Assembly: GCA_000934665.2 (NCBI GenBank)
Contig: KZ538240.1
Span: 1-64,000, forward strand
Direction: 5' to 3'
Source: Catajapyx aquilonaris
Lineage: Eukaryota
Length of the DNA stretch: 64,000 bases
A model generated the notes under the pieces. That model saw only the letters and a list, made by a program, of their open reading frames with translations, had not been told where the DNA came from and searched no databases. The translations under genes were made by a program, and so were the position numbers. This document shows positions 25,301 through 35,913 of this stretch, piece by piece (position 1 is the stretch's first letter; every line of letters begins with the position of its first letter).

Positions 25301-25437
25301 AAGAGCGTGAGTGTAGTATAAAATAAGACTGGATTTTTTTTAAGAGTGACGATTTTAAGTGAAATCGGATTTATGCGTTGTTTCAGATTATCGTTAAGAT
25401 GAGGAAGGGTGAGTCGATTGAGGATGCTGAGAGTTGA
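3421..25437 (+). CDS. KCBP: Kinesin-14, KCBP/kinesin-C-like (kinesin-like calmodulin-binding protein); spliced gene span, 12 supported exons, 5' end incomplete
   Basis: Manual splice: 3421-3545, 13872-14183, 14257-14549, 18852-19034, 19093-19509, 19603-19869, 20031-20273, 20355-20585, 21455-21609, 23384-23500, 25228-25306, 25387-25437. All introns are GT-AG and all phases match. Motifs: neck [24 protein letters not shown]-loop GQTGSGKT, switch I NDRSSRSH, switch II DLAGSE, PYRNNKLT, and C-terminal [10 protein letters not shown]...[25 protein letters not shown]. Confidence 0.9.
3577..3659. repeat. 36-bp tandem repeat (2.3 copies) just after the exon-3545 donor
   Basis: gggttgccaggtggcgacagtgcgatggtggttgca twice, plus a partial copy. 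Confidence 0.9.
4560..4935. repeat. AT-rich 46-bp tandem repeat (about 5 copies) and derivatives
   Basis: tcacat(a/t)atagttatcacatt starts at 4588, 4634, 4680, 4726 and 4772. Confidence 0.9.
5765..6460. repeat. ATCGAT-core minisatellite (~26-bp units)
   Basis: Repeated (a/t)tatcgata(t) cores with tcactaattat spacers. Confidence 0.85.
7205..7700. repeat. CCTAA-derived minisatellite (~29-34-bp units) with TTAGG-oriented ends
   Basis: Units taaccttcgttaacctaacct(aacct)tc(c/t)aact(c/t); flanks ggttaggttagg at ~7206-7230 and 7646-7673. Confidence 0.85.
10390..11165. repeat. A-rich 30-bp tandem array
   Basis: aataacaattaaaataaaa(a)ggatt(t/g)att(g/a)a units. Confidence 0.9.
12355..12945. repeat. 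23/24-bp array (aactaatgtaactaaaataacttac) and decayed extension
   Basis: Seen directly. Confidence 0.85.
13872..14183 (+). CDS. Kinesin exon (Ser-rich linker then coiled coil ...[23 protein letters not shown])
   Basis: Acceptor ttttag, open frame, donor G|GTCAGT; phase 1 at both ends. Confidence 0.8.
14257..14549 (+). CDS. Kinesin exon (Ser-rich then coiled coil ...[26 protein letters not shown]...)
   Basis: Acceptor ttttctccag (CAGCAG tandem), donor GTAAGA; phase 1 to 0. Confidence 0.8.
18852..19034 (+). CDS. Kinesin stalk exon ([31 protein letters not shown]...)
   Basis: Acceptor ttgcag, donor AAG|GTATGT, 183 nt, phase 0/0. Confidence 0.85.
19093..19509 (+). CDS. Kinesin coiled-coil stalk exon
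   Basis: E/L/K/R/Q heptad-rich open frame, 417 nt, acceptor TAG, donor CAG|GTCAGT. Confidence 0.9.
19603..19869 (+). CDS. Kinesin-14 neck and start of motor domain
   Basis: [32 protein letters not shown]...FLFDRVF...[10 protein letters not shown]; donor GAG|GTAAGG. Confidence 0.95.
19971..20020. repeat. (CCTAA)10 in a kinesin intron, next to the 3' splice site
   Basis: Ten perfect copies ending 10 nt before exon 20031. Confidence 0.95.
20031..20273 (+). CDS. Kinesin motor exon with P-loop
   Basis: [28 protein letters not shown]...[12 protein letters not shown]; donor GTAAGT. Confidence 0.95.
20355..20585 (+). CDS. Kinesin motor exon with switch I
   Basis: [16 protein letters not shown]...[20 protein letters not shown] acceptor; donor AAG|GTGAGG. 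Confidence 0.95.
21455..21609 (+). CDS. Kinesin motor exon with switch II
   Basis: [11 protein letters not shown]...[19 protein letters not shown]...FVPYR; poly-T acceptor; ends in phase 2. Confidence 0.95.
22254..22327. repeat. (TAG)n microsatellite
   Basis: Perfect trinucleotide run. Confidence 0.95.
23384..23500 (+). CDS. Kinesin motor exon
   Basis: [26 protein letters not shown]...LEETLISL; phase 2/2; donor GTAAGT. Confidence 0.95.
25228..25306 (+). CDS. Kinesin exon: end of motor, neck mimic and start of calmodulin-binding-type helix
   Basis: [26 protein letters not shown]; acceptor ttttcattccag; donor GTGAGT. Not in the ORF track. Confidence 0.9.
25387..25437 (+). CDS. Kinesin terminal coding exon ([16 protein letters not shown])
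   Basis: Acceptor gttgtttcag, phase 0, TGA at 25435-25437. Confidence 0.8.
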   Translation: MIVKMRKGESIEDAES

Positions 25438-26339
25438 CACCAAACATGCGCATTCGCTCCTGCGTGATCTCCGGCGGTCTCCCCTGGATTCGACCCTTCA
25501 CTTTCCCCTTCACTCGCCCCTTCACTCTCCCCTTCTGTCTCCCACACGCTCTCCCCTGTATTCTCCCACGTGTTCTCCCCTTCACTCTCCCCACTTGTTC
25601 CATCTCCTTCAGTCCCCATAGTTTTGATGTAAAGAAAACAATAAGGCTGTACCATAAAATTTGTAATGTAAAGATTTACAGCGATTTTGTTCCCCTTTAG
25701 TGCCCATTTGGGGGGGACAGAAAAGGGTTAGTACTATAGGGGGTTGGAGGTAAGGGGGTCAAGTTGAGGATACCTAACGACACTGCTACCGAACTTGTTC
25801 AGTTTGCAGGGATACGGGCAACAATTCCGATGCAGATTTCAGGCTCTACGACTGCATCGTTTGGCCATCGATTCCAACCAGACTCTTCCAGCCAACGGGA
25901 AGCGGCCACACTGTGATGACAGCCCAAGCCTAGTGCTGATTTTGATCCACCCTGTAAGTATCCCCCTGGCTCCACCCCTCCCCCTTTCCCCCCGAATTTT
26001 AGATTAAAATATGGAGGCTGGTACGGGCTCGGATTTGGTAAACAGCAACCTTAAGGGGGAGGGCTGGTTGACACGGGGCGCTTGTCACGCCATCTGTCGC
26101 CATCAGCATGTACTGGAGATAAGGAGCGGAATTTTTATGGGCCTGTAATAAGGGAGGCCGGGGCGTTGTCAACAAAGCGTTGCGCGAGCCATCTGCCGCC
26201 GGTAGGGGCTAAACTAGGCTCCATTTTCGCCTAGTCTATATGAGACTATAACAGGTTACTTTAATAGCGTCAATTGGTCTTTATATACGTAGCAGAAAGC
26301 AGTGATGCAATGGTTTTACATGGTGTTTAGTCAAATCAC

Positions 26340-27225
26340 TGCTAGTTTATGACTAATGAAATCACTGCTACTTATGACCCTAGTAATATCACTGCTATTT
26401 ATGACCCTAGTAATATCACTGCTATTTATAACCATAGTAATATCACTGCTATTTAAAACCATAGTAATATCACTACTTTTTATGACCTTAGAGAAATCAC
26501 TGATCCTTTATTATCATAGTAAAATCGCCGTTCTTTTAGTGTCCTAGTAAAAGACCTAGTAAAATCACTATTTTATGACATTAATGAAATCACGGCTATT
26601 TTGTGACCTTAATGAACTCACTGATATTTTATGACCCTAAAGAAATCACTGACCTTTTATTATCATAGTAAAATCACTGTTCTTTTAGTGCCCTAGTAAA
26701 TGACCTAATAAAATCACTGCTATTTTACGAACCTAGTAAATGACCTAATAAAATCACTGCTATTTTACGAACCTAGTAAAATCGATGCTCTTTTATAGTC
26801 AGTAAAATAACTGATATTTATTCTCAGGAAAATAACGGCTGCTTATCCTTCCAGAGAAATTACTTCTATTGTGTTCCCATTCAGTAAACCAACTCTGCTT
26901 CTTATAAAATACTATTAATAAAAATGATAGCATGTATGTACTAGTAGACATGTATAAAATGGTAGTGTACCAAATGGGAATACGTATTGTTGCAGACCTA
27001 CTGGTTATTTACTAGGAGGATAAAGAGGAGTTGTGAGTATAAAATAGCTCTAGTTTACTGAATACGAGTACAAGTGCAGTTATTTTGCTGGAAGGAAAAG
27101 TAGCTATTATTAATAATAGCAGTTTGTTGAGAACAAACATGTTATTTAATGAGGATAAAATCTGCCATTTTACTGAGTATAAAAGCAGTTATTTTACTAG
27201 GCGCATAAAGTAGCAGTTATTTCTC
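26340..27225. mobile_element. Foldback satellite element: ~27-bp units in opposite orientation in the two halves
   Basis: Left units cctagtaaaatcactgctattttatg; right units ataaaagcagttattttactagg (reverse complement). Confidence 0.55.
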
Positions 27226-27949
27226 TTGCCACATTGTAGCCTATCCCCGAACACTTTCCTAAGTAAGATCGTATCAGGTATCTTCCCATCCGAAAATTCC
27301 AGCTAGCAAAATAACAGTTAATAAAAGGAGTTACGAGGCTATGCGCTACAACGTTGCCACATTTGACCTAGATCAAGTCCCTGTATATTCTTTTTTTTCC
27401 CTCTTGGAAAAAGGGGCAGCAGTATGCATGATCTATTGTAGGTTGGAGCCGTAATCACGTCACGCACAATTACGGAACAGTCGGCTACACTTTCAATCAT
27501 ATCCGCTAACCTGGTTTATTGGGGGAGGGGAAAGGGAGGGGAGGGAGGGAAGGGAGGAGGGGGTACATTGCATTGCACTTCCGCTTATAATGGCTGCCAG
27601 TAGTCCCCATTCGGAGGAAGTACGATCTTTACGAGCTGTTTACGGCGCTCAATGCTAAGGCCGGAGATTTACTGAGAGCCTAAATTTACTGGGCGCGGAT
27701 AATGCGGGTGGGAGTAATTAGACCTTCGCCTTACGGGGGTTGGGGAGAGGAGGGGAGGCAGGGAGTGGGAAGGGATGATAAAAAAAGAGTGAGTGAGAGA
27801 GAGAGTTGAAATTGAATTAACGGAAACAGACGTAACCTCTCTCTTGGCTCAACGTGAAGTCGTCTACAAAGAACAGGGTGTCAAGATCAAGCACGAGAAT
27901 TGAATCAGTCGCCTATAAATCGCCAAAAGGAGCATTAAACTGGATATAA

Positions 27950-28560
27950 TAACAGTGATAATAACTACTACTACCTGCAATAATAACTACTACTACCTGC
28001 AATAATAACTACTACTAATAACTGCAATAACAACTACTAGTACTAATAACTATATGAGCTGACATAACCAATACCTTGTAATATCTAGTACTGTACTAAC
28101 TACTAATACCCATAATAACTATTAATTACAACTGCTAATAATATCTGATAATAACCACTGTAACTATTAACTATGGTACTAGTGACAATAACTTAATAAC
28201 TGCTAGTGATAACATAATATTAACTATAAGCGGCGTAAGCGATAATGATAACTAATAAACAACAGCTAGTAATAACTAATATCTAGTACTAACTGCTAAT
28301 ACTAGATAATAACTACTGCTATCAATATCTGGTAATAATTGTTATTAATATCTGATAATAACTGCTATTAATATCTGATAATAAATACTAATACTAGATA
28401 ATAACAGCCAGTAATATCTGATAATAACCAATACAACTTATAACTACTAGTGATAACTAATAGTAACTGATGAGAATGATAACTGTTAATTATAACTACT
28501 ATGATAACTGTTAATAGCAGCTACTAGTGGTAGCGGTTAATAATGACAGCTAGGATAACT
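27950..28560. repeat. Degenerate aataact/actact low-complexity array
   Basis: Seen directly. Confidence 0.75.
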
Positions 28561-28719
28561 GTTGGTAATAATATTGTTACTAGCACAACAACAATCACTA
28601 CTGCTGAATATGGGTTTGGTTGTTACTTCCCAACAGGTTATTTCTCTGTTCTTAAGAGATTGCTGGGGAGTAACAGTAGGCTTTGTTATGCACAGTTAAA
28701 CTGGCTTACAATCCGATGT

Positions 28720-29820
28720 TATCTATATAAGGAGGGCCGGTAATGCCGAGACAGCTACTGGCCTCCGTTACAGGTGGCGCTTAAATAACGCCTCCTTTCG
28801 TGATGACGATGCCGTTTGAAGTTGTCGCCAAAGTAATAAACGATTGTTTACGGTCCACGCCGGATGGTGGCATGCAACAGGTAAATTTATGTAAAAATTT
28901 ATGCACCACAACATTTATTTCTAAACTGTTATAGCGAAGACAATCAGCGAGGGGAGCTGTGGTGTAGCCTACTACACACACCCCGGACAAACAGAGGCAC
29001 AGGCTCAACGCAATTCTATGTACTGTATGAGTTGTCGTCTTGATGGTTACCACCGCAATGCACTGCTTGTAACTACGTAGCGTCAACACAGCCTTGTTAG
29101 CTCCCGTCAAGCCAGCAGTTACCGCGCAATTCGAGCCATAACTTATTCACGTTGCGTTCACAGGTTCATCCCGCTTTTCCCAAAAATGGCAGCCATGTTT
29201 GTTAAGCGAAATGACCGAATAAGGGAGTATCTCAAGGGAGGTTAAAAGTTACGTGATTTTGCACCAATTTACTTGTGCAAACTGAGGACCTCTCCCGTTT
29301 GCAAAGTTTTTGGCCACGTTTGACATCCAACCAGGAGTGAATACACTGTGCAAATTTTGCCTCCCATCTACTCGAGCCGCCATTTTTGAGCCTTTTTTTT
29401 GCGGCGGTTTAAAACTTTGACACGCATTAATGCTCGGCAACTAAACGCACACAAGTTTTCTGAGCGGTTAGTGAATGTTTGATGGCACCTTTTGGCACCG
29501 GTTAGTTCCGATCGGGTTGGCCCCACACATGTGAATGAAAAGCGAGGGGGTGGTGTCTGATCCATATATACACACACAGCCGCGCGCCATATGAGCCATC
29601 ATGTACACACACACGTACACGTCCCTCCAGCAAGCACCCCGCCGGAAAAATGCATAATTACACGAACACGCATTGGCTTTCACGCCCAATAAAGCGCGTC
29701 GTAAACACGCCGCGTCCGGTCGGAAAGCCGGCAACGCAGGTGGATTTTCCCGCGTGAAAGACGCGGCAACAGTGTATGACTTTCCCGCCAATTTTCGACA
29801 CGTACCATATGGAAAAATAG
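28720..29820. promoter_or_regulatory. CpG-rich promoter/enhancer-like segment
   Basis: Visibly CpG-dense. E2F-like TTTCCCGC at 29746 and 29781, GCCGCCATTTT at ~29376, CCAAT/ATTGG near 29672-29690, TATATAAG at ~28724. No linked gene identified. Confidence 0.3.
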
Positions 29821-29899
29821 AGAAGTGCTCAAAATTCTATCCGAAATTTTCTCTAACATCTTGTTTATAGCCGTCATTAATTAAAATAAAACAACGAAT

Positions 29900-30723
29900 A
29901 ATGGGGATAGCTACATAATAAAAAGCTAATGACAGCAAACAACTAATAACGGTGTATATAACTAATAACATCAGATAACTTATAACAGTCTAACTAATAG
30001 TTTCACTAACTAATAAAATAATCACATATTAGTTAAAACTAATAAAATGATCGTATAATAGTTAAAACTAATAAAATAATCGTATAATAGTTTAAACTAA
30101 TGATGAATATATTTGTAATAGTTAAAACTACTGATGAATATATTTGTAATAGTTAAAACTAATGATGAATATATTTGTAATAGTTAAAACTACTGATGAA
30201 TATATTTGTAATAGTTAAAACTAATGATGAATATATTTGTCATAGTTAAAACTAATGATGGATATATTTGTCATAGTTAAAACTAATGATGAATATATTT
30301 GTCATAGTTAAAACTAATGATGGATATATTTGTCATAGTTAAAACTAATGATGAATATATTTGTCATAGTTAAAACTAATATTATGATAGCTGAAACCGA
30401 GGCTGAAACTAATATAATAGCTTATTAATTTCAGCTATCATATTAATTTAGCTATAATATTCATTATTAGTTATTCGTTGGTATTAGTTACTAATACCAA
30501 TGAATACTAACAGCAGTTCACAACTGATACCATCATGAATAACTAATAAAAGTAAATGACTAATAGCAGAAGGTAACTATTAAAATTAAATACCTATCAA
30601 CAATAACGAATGACATTAAGTAGCTAATTCCTAATATCATAATAACTAATAACAGTAGTAGCTAATAACAGCAGTAATAACTAATACGTAACAGCAGTAT
30701 CTAACTAATAAATCGTTTCACAC
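29900..30723. repeat. Array with a 31-bp core (atagttaaaactaatgatgaatatatttgt(a/c))
   Basis: About 9 near-perfect copies at 30090-30380 within a decayed actaata block. Confidence 0.9.
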
Positions 30724-31676
30724 CTTATCAGAGAATATTCACACTAGTTGCAGACACCTTTCCCTTTCTTTAATATATGATACTGACTTTCGCCAAAAAT
30801 TCGCAAAATGGCCAAATAATGTGACCTGATTCTGGCTACTCCCTTCTGGCTGTGATTCCTCCCGCTAGAGGGCAGGGGAGTTTTTTTCCAGCTCATTTTT
30901 AGGAGTCTGGCAGGATGAAAGTTTGCTATGCCAACCTCCCCCCTTCTCTTTGCCTTTGATCTGAGCGTAAGAGTCAACTCAAGAAGGCTTTTTCCTCCTC
31001 CTCCTCCTCCCCCTACCTCCCTCCTTCCCAAGAAAGTCTTATCTCCCAAGTGCAAGCGGCGCGGTCATTTGTGAATCATTGATTACTTTTCACTTGAGGT
31101 CGGCCCTGGGTCTGGGGCACAAACCTCCCCCCCCCCCCCGCCCCCCTTGTATAAATTCACCACATAGACATTGCGATTTCCAGCCCTTATGACTTCCACA
31201 TGACTTTCCTCCAAACAGGGTGGCCTAAGTACTTTCTAACTGCCTTTTAACTTCTTATCTCTCGATATTATGCACAGGAGCTTCATAACGGTCGGGGGCA
31301 ATTAAGAGATATGCAAATAATCGCCTCCCGAGGGGCATTAAGCAGGGAGAAAAGAAACCCAAACAGCTGCTTTCCTATGTGATAATAATTCCCTGGCAAG
31401 AGGCTCTCTAGGATGAGGGGCAGGCTCGGGGAGGAGAGACGTTATCGATAGAGTTACAGCTTCTCCAATACGGTGCAGTGAAGACAGGATGCATAATATA
31501 GTGTGCCCCTGGCTCTAGGATAGAGTCGAGGTGCGCTGCCGGTGCAGGGTCGCATACCCCCGAGGGGGCCAAGAATTAGCTGCCCGTTCCTGCTAATTTA
31601 AGGGCCCCGATATATAGATGGTATCGACTTGGGAGGCCACTTTGGACCCGGGGCTATTAGCGAGCCAGACGTCATG

Positions 31677-32288
31677 TACAGGGTGGTCCAGCAATATTAG
31701 TTGAAACATACTTGAAATGGACATAAGCCGTAAAATATTAAGACATGTTGAAAACCAGCAGACTATCAAGAAGGATATGATATTCATATAAGACGTAAGT
31801 GTGATGTCGAATTTGTTTGCTTCTGGAGGTACATCATTGTCTTGGCTATGCTTCTTGCTAGCTAGAATTTTAGAAGAATGTATATGGACAAACCAAATTG
31901 ACGCCAAAGTTGGTGGATCACCATGTGAGGATCACATCTGTTGAAAATAATATGTTATAGGCTACCGCACTGTAATTTGTAAGTGGTAAGCCTTATGCCA
32001 AATTTTCCTGTCTCTATTGATATAACATAGTCTGGGCTACAGTTTCTGCTTGTTAGAATTTTAAAACATTGTGTGTGGACATACCAAATTGACCCCAAAG
32101 TCGGTGGAGCCGGGTGGAGCACCATGTACAAAACAGCACGATATGGATACAAGTCGTAAGTCTTTTGTTAAATTTGCTGTTTCTAGTGATATAACAGGGT
32201 CTGGACTATGCTTCTTGCTTTGTAGAATTTTAAAATAATGTGTGTGGACATACCAAATTGACGTCAAAGTTTGGTGGAGCACCCTGTA
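31677..32288. mobile_element. TA-flanked MITE with triplicated right end
   Basis: TA|CAGGGTGGTCCA ... TGGAGCACCCTG|TA, with three ~170-200-bp related units (tagaatttta...ggacataccaaattgac...ggtggagcacc(a/c)tgt). Confidence 0.7.
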
Positions 32289-33209
32289 CACAACCGAAAG
32301 TTAGACGTGTGTTTGGAGAGAACCGTTGGGAGGTTTATCTGAACAGCTTCCTCTTCCGGGATGAGGATATCAAGTGAGCGTGGCTATCTGGCCAGCAGAG
32401 AGCATTAAGGGGAAGATGGCTCTCTCTCGGTGTTGGGTTGGAGATTTCTGGGGGTCCAATCTGGAGGAAGGGAAAATAAGTTTCCACAAGATGGATGGGC
32501 CAGAACCCAATCGAAGTTGGGAGAGGGTGGGGGGGGGGGGGGNTCGACATAAGGGGAGGGCTATATCGTGACAAAATCATTTGTATGTGAGTCGCATGCA
32601 AAGCACGCGCACTTGTTCCACCACCCCTCCGTACAGGGGGAGGCAGAGAGTTTCTTCTGGCCTGATAGGCGAAGGAAAAAGCTTCGAATTTCAGTTTGGG
32701 AAAGGGCGGTCGCGCATACAAATAGCAGTTAATGCTCGACAAAGTGGCACATCGGGAAGGGAGGGAGGAGGGGGGGCCTTCCATGGTAGGTTGCTATGGG
32801 AGGGGGAGATCCAATATCTTCTTGTTGTGGAATTTGCAAATGAGGGAAGGGACCCCGCTTCTTTTTCCGAGAAGTGTTCTTGTGGCAACGGGTTGCACAC
32901 ACACGGGGAAAATAAAAGAACTGTTGGGGAAAATCTTGCAACAAACTTGGAAAAAAATACGCAGCTGCTTCTCCAATTGCTGCTACTAATATTATTCCAA
33001 CCAACAATAAAATGGTTGTTCTGTAATATTGCCATGTAATTGCGATACCATATCAAAAACGGATTCAAAATGGCGGGGGGTTCCTACTCGTGTACGTTAA
33101 ACGTAGCTGCTATTCTGGTGGTTACCGCTTTTAATATTACGCTATTTAAGAGAGATGGGCTCAGAATTGTTGGTGCACCACAGCCGTCAACCGGTGCTAA
33201 TGGGAGAGT

Positions 33210-33956
33210 AAAATGATAACTAATAAGAACTAATAAGAAATAACCAATAACCAATTAAATAATGAATAATTACAACTAATAAAATAACCAATAGCCAATT
33301 AAATAATAGCTAATAACAACTAATAAATAACCAATAGCCAATTAAATAATAGCTAATAACAACTAATAAAATAACTAATAACAACTAATAACATAAACAA
33401 TAACAGTAAATAACTAATAAAAATAATCAGTAGCAGTAGGCTACCGTATATAACTAATAACAGTAACTAGTAGCTAATAACTAGCTAATAACTAATAACA
33501 GTAACTAGTAGCTAATAACTAGCTAATAACTAATAACAGTAACTAGTAGCTAATAACTAGCTAATAACTAATAGCAGTAACTAGTAGCTAATAACTAGCT
33601 AATAACTAATAACAGTAACTAGTAGCTAATAACTAGCTAATAACTAATAACAGTAACTAGTAGCTAATAACTAGCTAATAACTAATAACAGTAAATAACT
33701 AATAACTAATAACAGTAAATAACTAATAACTAATAACAGTAAATAACTAATAACGGTAAATAACTAATAACGGTAAATAACTAATAACAGTAAATAACTA
33801 ATAACAGTAAATAACTGACAGCAATACGTAACTCGTAATGACAACTATTAACAGTAAATAACTAATATCTAATAATAGTAAATAACGGACAGCAATACGT
33901 GACTCGTAATGACGACGTAACTAATAACAGTGTCTAACTAATAAATCGTTTTACAC
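33210..33956. repeat. Array with a 38-bp core (actaataacagtaactagtagctaataactagctaata)
   Basis: About 6 copies at 33453-33690, plus shorter derivatives. Confidence 0.9.
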
Positions 33957-33963
33957 ATGATAT

Positions 33964-34069
33964 TATAGTGTAGCCTGTCTATGTTGGACACTGACGATTC
34001 CAAGAAAAATGTCCAACATATGGAGGTGTCCAACATATTAAGGTGTCCAACTTCACAGGTTTCACTGTA
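33964..34069. mobile_element. Small pogo/Tc1-like MITE
   Basis: Ends tatagtgtagcctgt / acaggtttcactgta; subterminal gttggacac versus three copies of tgtccaac. Confidence 0.65.
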
Positions 34070-35913
34070 TTTACACACAACTTATGTTATAACCTGATAT
34101 TTTCTTGCATCATTGGTTACTACTAGTAACAGCTATCTGCTCGAGGCTGGACTCACCCTGTAGAAGCAAGGAGACGGGTGCAGGCTGGCTAAAAAGACGG
34201 ATAACTGGGGGTAAAAGAACAGTGCGGGGCTTTGCGCAGTCGGAAGCCTCTTAGGGACGTCATTTGCATGTTCTTGGCGGCCCTCTCCGTAATCTATCAG
34301 AGTGTGTATATGCATGTGAGGCCTAGGCTCTCGCTTGCTGCTTCCAGGCCTGCCAACCCCTCCCCTCCACCTCTCTTTTGCTGCTCTCGCCGGGCCCAGA
34401 GCATCACTGGAAAGAGTGTTTCTGTGTAGGGCCCTGCATAAATGATGGTCTCCCAGGTGTCATTACGCCGGATTATGCAGTTAGGAAACCCGACGACTCG
34501 AAGCCTTCCTCCCTGGTTCTGATGCGGGAACTGCCTGTGTGCACGCACAGACGCTTCCTAGGCCCTGATGCCTGGGACCCAATTGGAATGCGGGACGTGG
34601 CAGCTTCTAGTGGGCTGCTTGCTTACGCGATCTGGTTACAGCCCTGCTTATGTCTGTGGTACACAAAAAAAAACAACATTGGGGGCAAACAACCGGTTTC
34701 CATGGACAAACATACAAACAAACTTCGCATTTTATAGCAATAACGATTTTAAGGATCGTTGGTGTCATCTGTATGGCTTTTGGGTGACCGCACCAGTGCT
34801 GTACGTCTTGTGGTCCTGCCAGGCACGGTACGCCGCATTGTGTGAATTTAGTTATGCGAGCGTCAACGCCAACGATGCTGCCCTTATATTCAGGCACAAC
34901 GTTATTGTGGCTTTGCCAATATGCCATGGAAACCCGGTGCCATTTTGTCCTAACATTCGATTCAAACAGTGCAAAACAACTATAAGTGTCCAGCATTGAT
35001 TACAAACACTGTAACCTGTACATCCTTTGTGTGTCCTCCACACTTCAAGTAGGTCGCAGGTACTTCCATTTCATAATGATTTGTCGCTAATTACTCAGCA
35101 AGGCCCCAGCTTATGAAAGCCAGCGAGAGGGGGAGAGGGAGAGGGAGTGAGGCGGAGGGGAGGATGGAGGATGCCATACAAATGTGATTAGTCCAGGGGC
35201 ACTGTATGAGCATGTAAGACCTTCCCCCCGCCATTTTCCCAGCGGAGGCCTGGAAGCCTGGCTGGTGTCTGCTGGCTTATGTCAGGGACCTAGGTAGGGC
35301 CAGATGGCCAGGGCTACCAGATGAATCGAGGTTCGCTCAGAGTGGAGCCAGACGCTGCCGAGACGAGCTAGAGATGACCCCTGACTCAATGGCCCTTTCA
35401 TTTCAACGTGTCTAACAAGAGGTGGCAACGTCTTAGCTATTTGAAACATAGAGGCTATAAATCGCTGCTAAACCAATAAGCACCAATTTTACGAGCTAAG
35501 ATATTTAGCAGGGTCGGATGGTTTTAAGGCGGATTAACTCTAACCCAAAAGAGCTCTTAAACCCTCCGTAAGATATTTAGCAGCTATTATGTCAATCGTT
35601 GCATCGTTGCTATATCAATTAGCCGCTATTCCATGAGGCGACTAATGAGCTATTTAGCAGCTCTTATGCCAATCGCTGCTAAACCAAATAACAGCCATTT
35701 AGCAGCTGACTAAGTTATTTAGCAGTTATGGTAATCGCTGCTAAACCAGTTAGCTGCTATTTATGAGTTGACTGTTATCTAGTAGCTATTATGGCAATCG
35801 TTGATATACTAATTAGCCCAATTAGCCACTATTTTACGAGCTAAACTACTTAGCAGCTATTTTCAGTAGCTGGTAAGCCAAATAACAGCTATGTTACGAG
35901 CTGGTATAGCATA

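Noticed and set aside
30090..30380. CRISPR-like regular repeats (also 10680-11040, 33453-33690, 48688-48870)
   Set aside because: Head-to-tail tandem units with no unique spacers, no cas genes, and a eukaryotic context.
31505..31571. tRNA-like sequence (gcccctggctctaggatagag...gggggcca)
   Set aside because: It has D-arm-like and acceptor-like parts but no TTCRA T-loop or anticodon stem; at best a decayed relic. tRNAscan-SE would decide.
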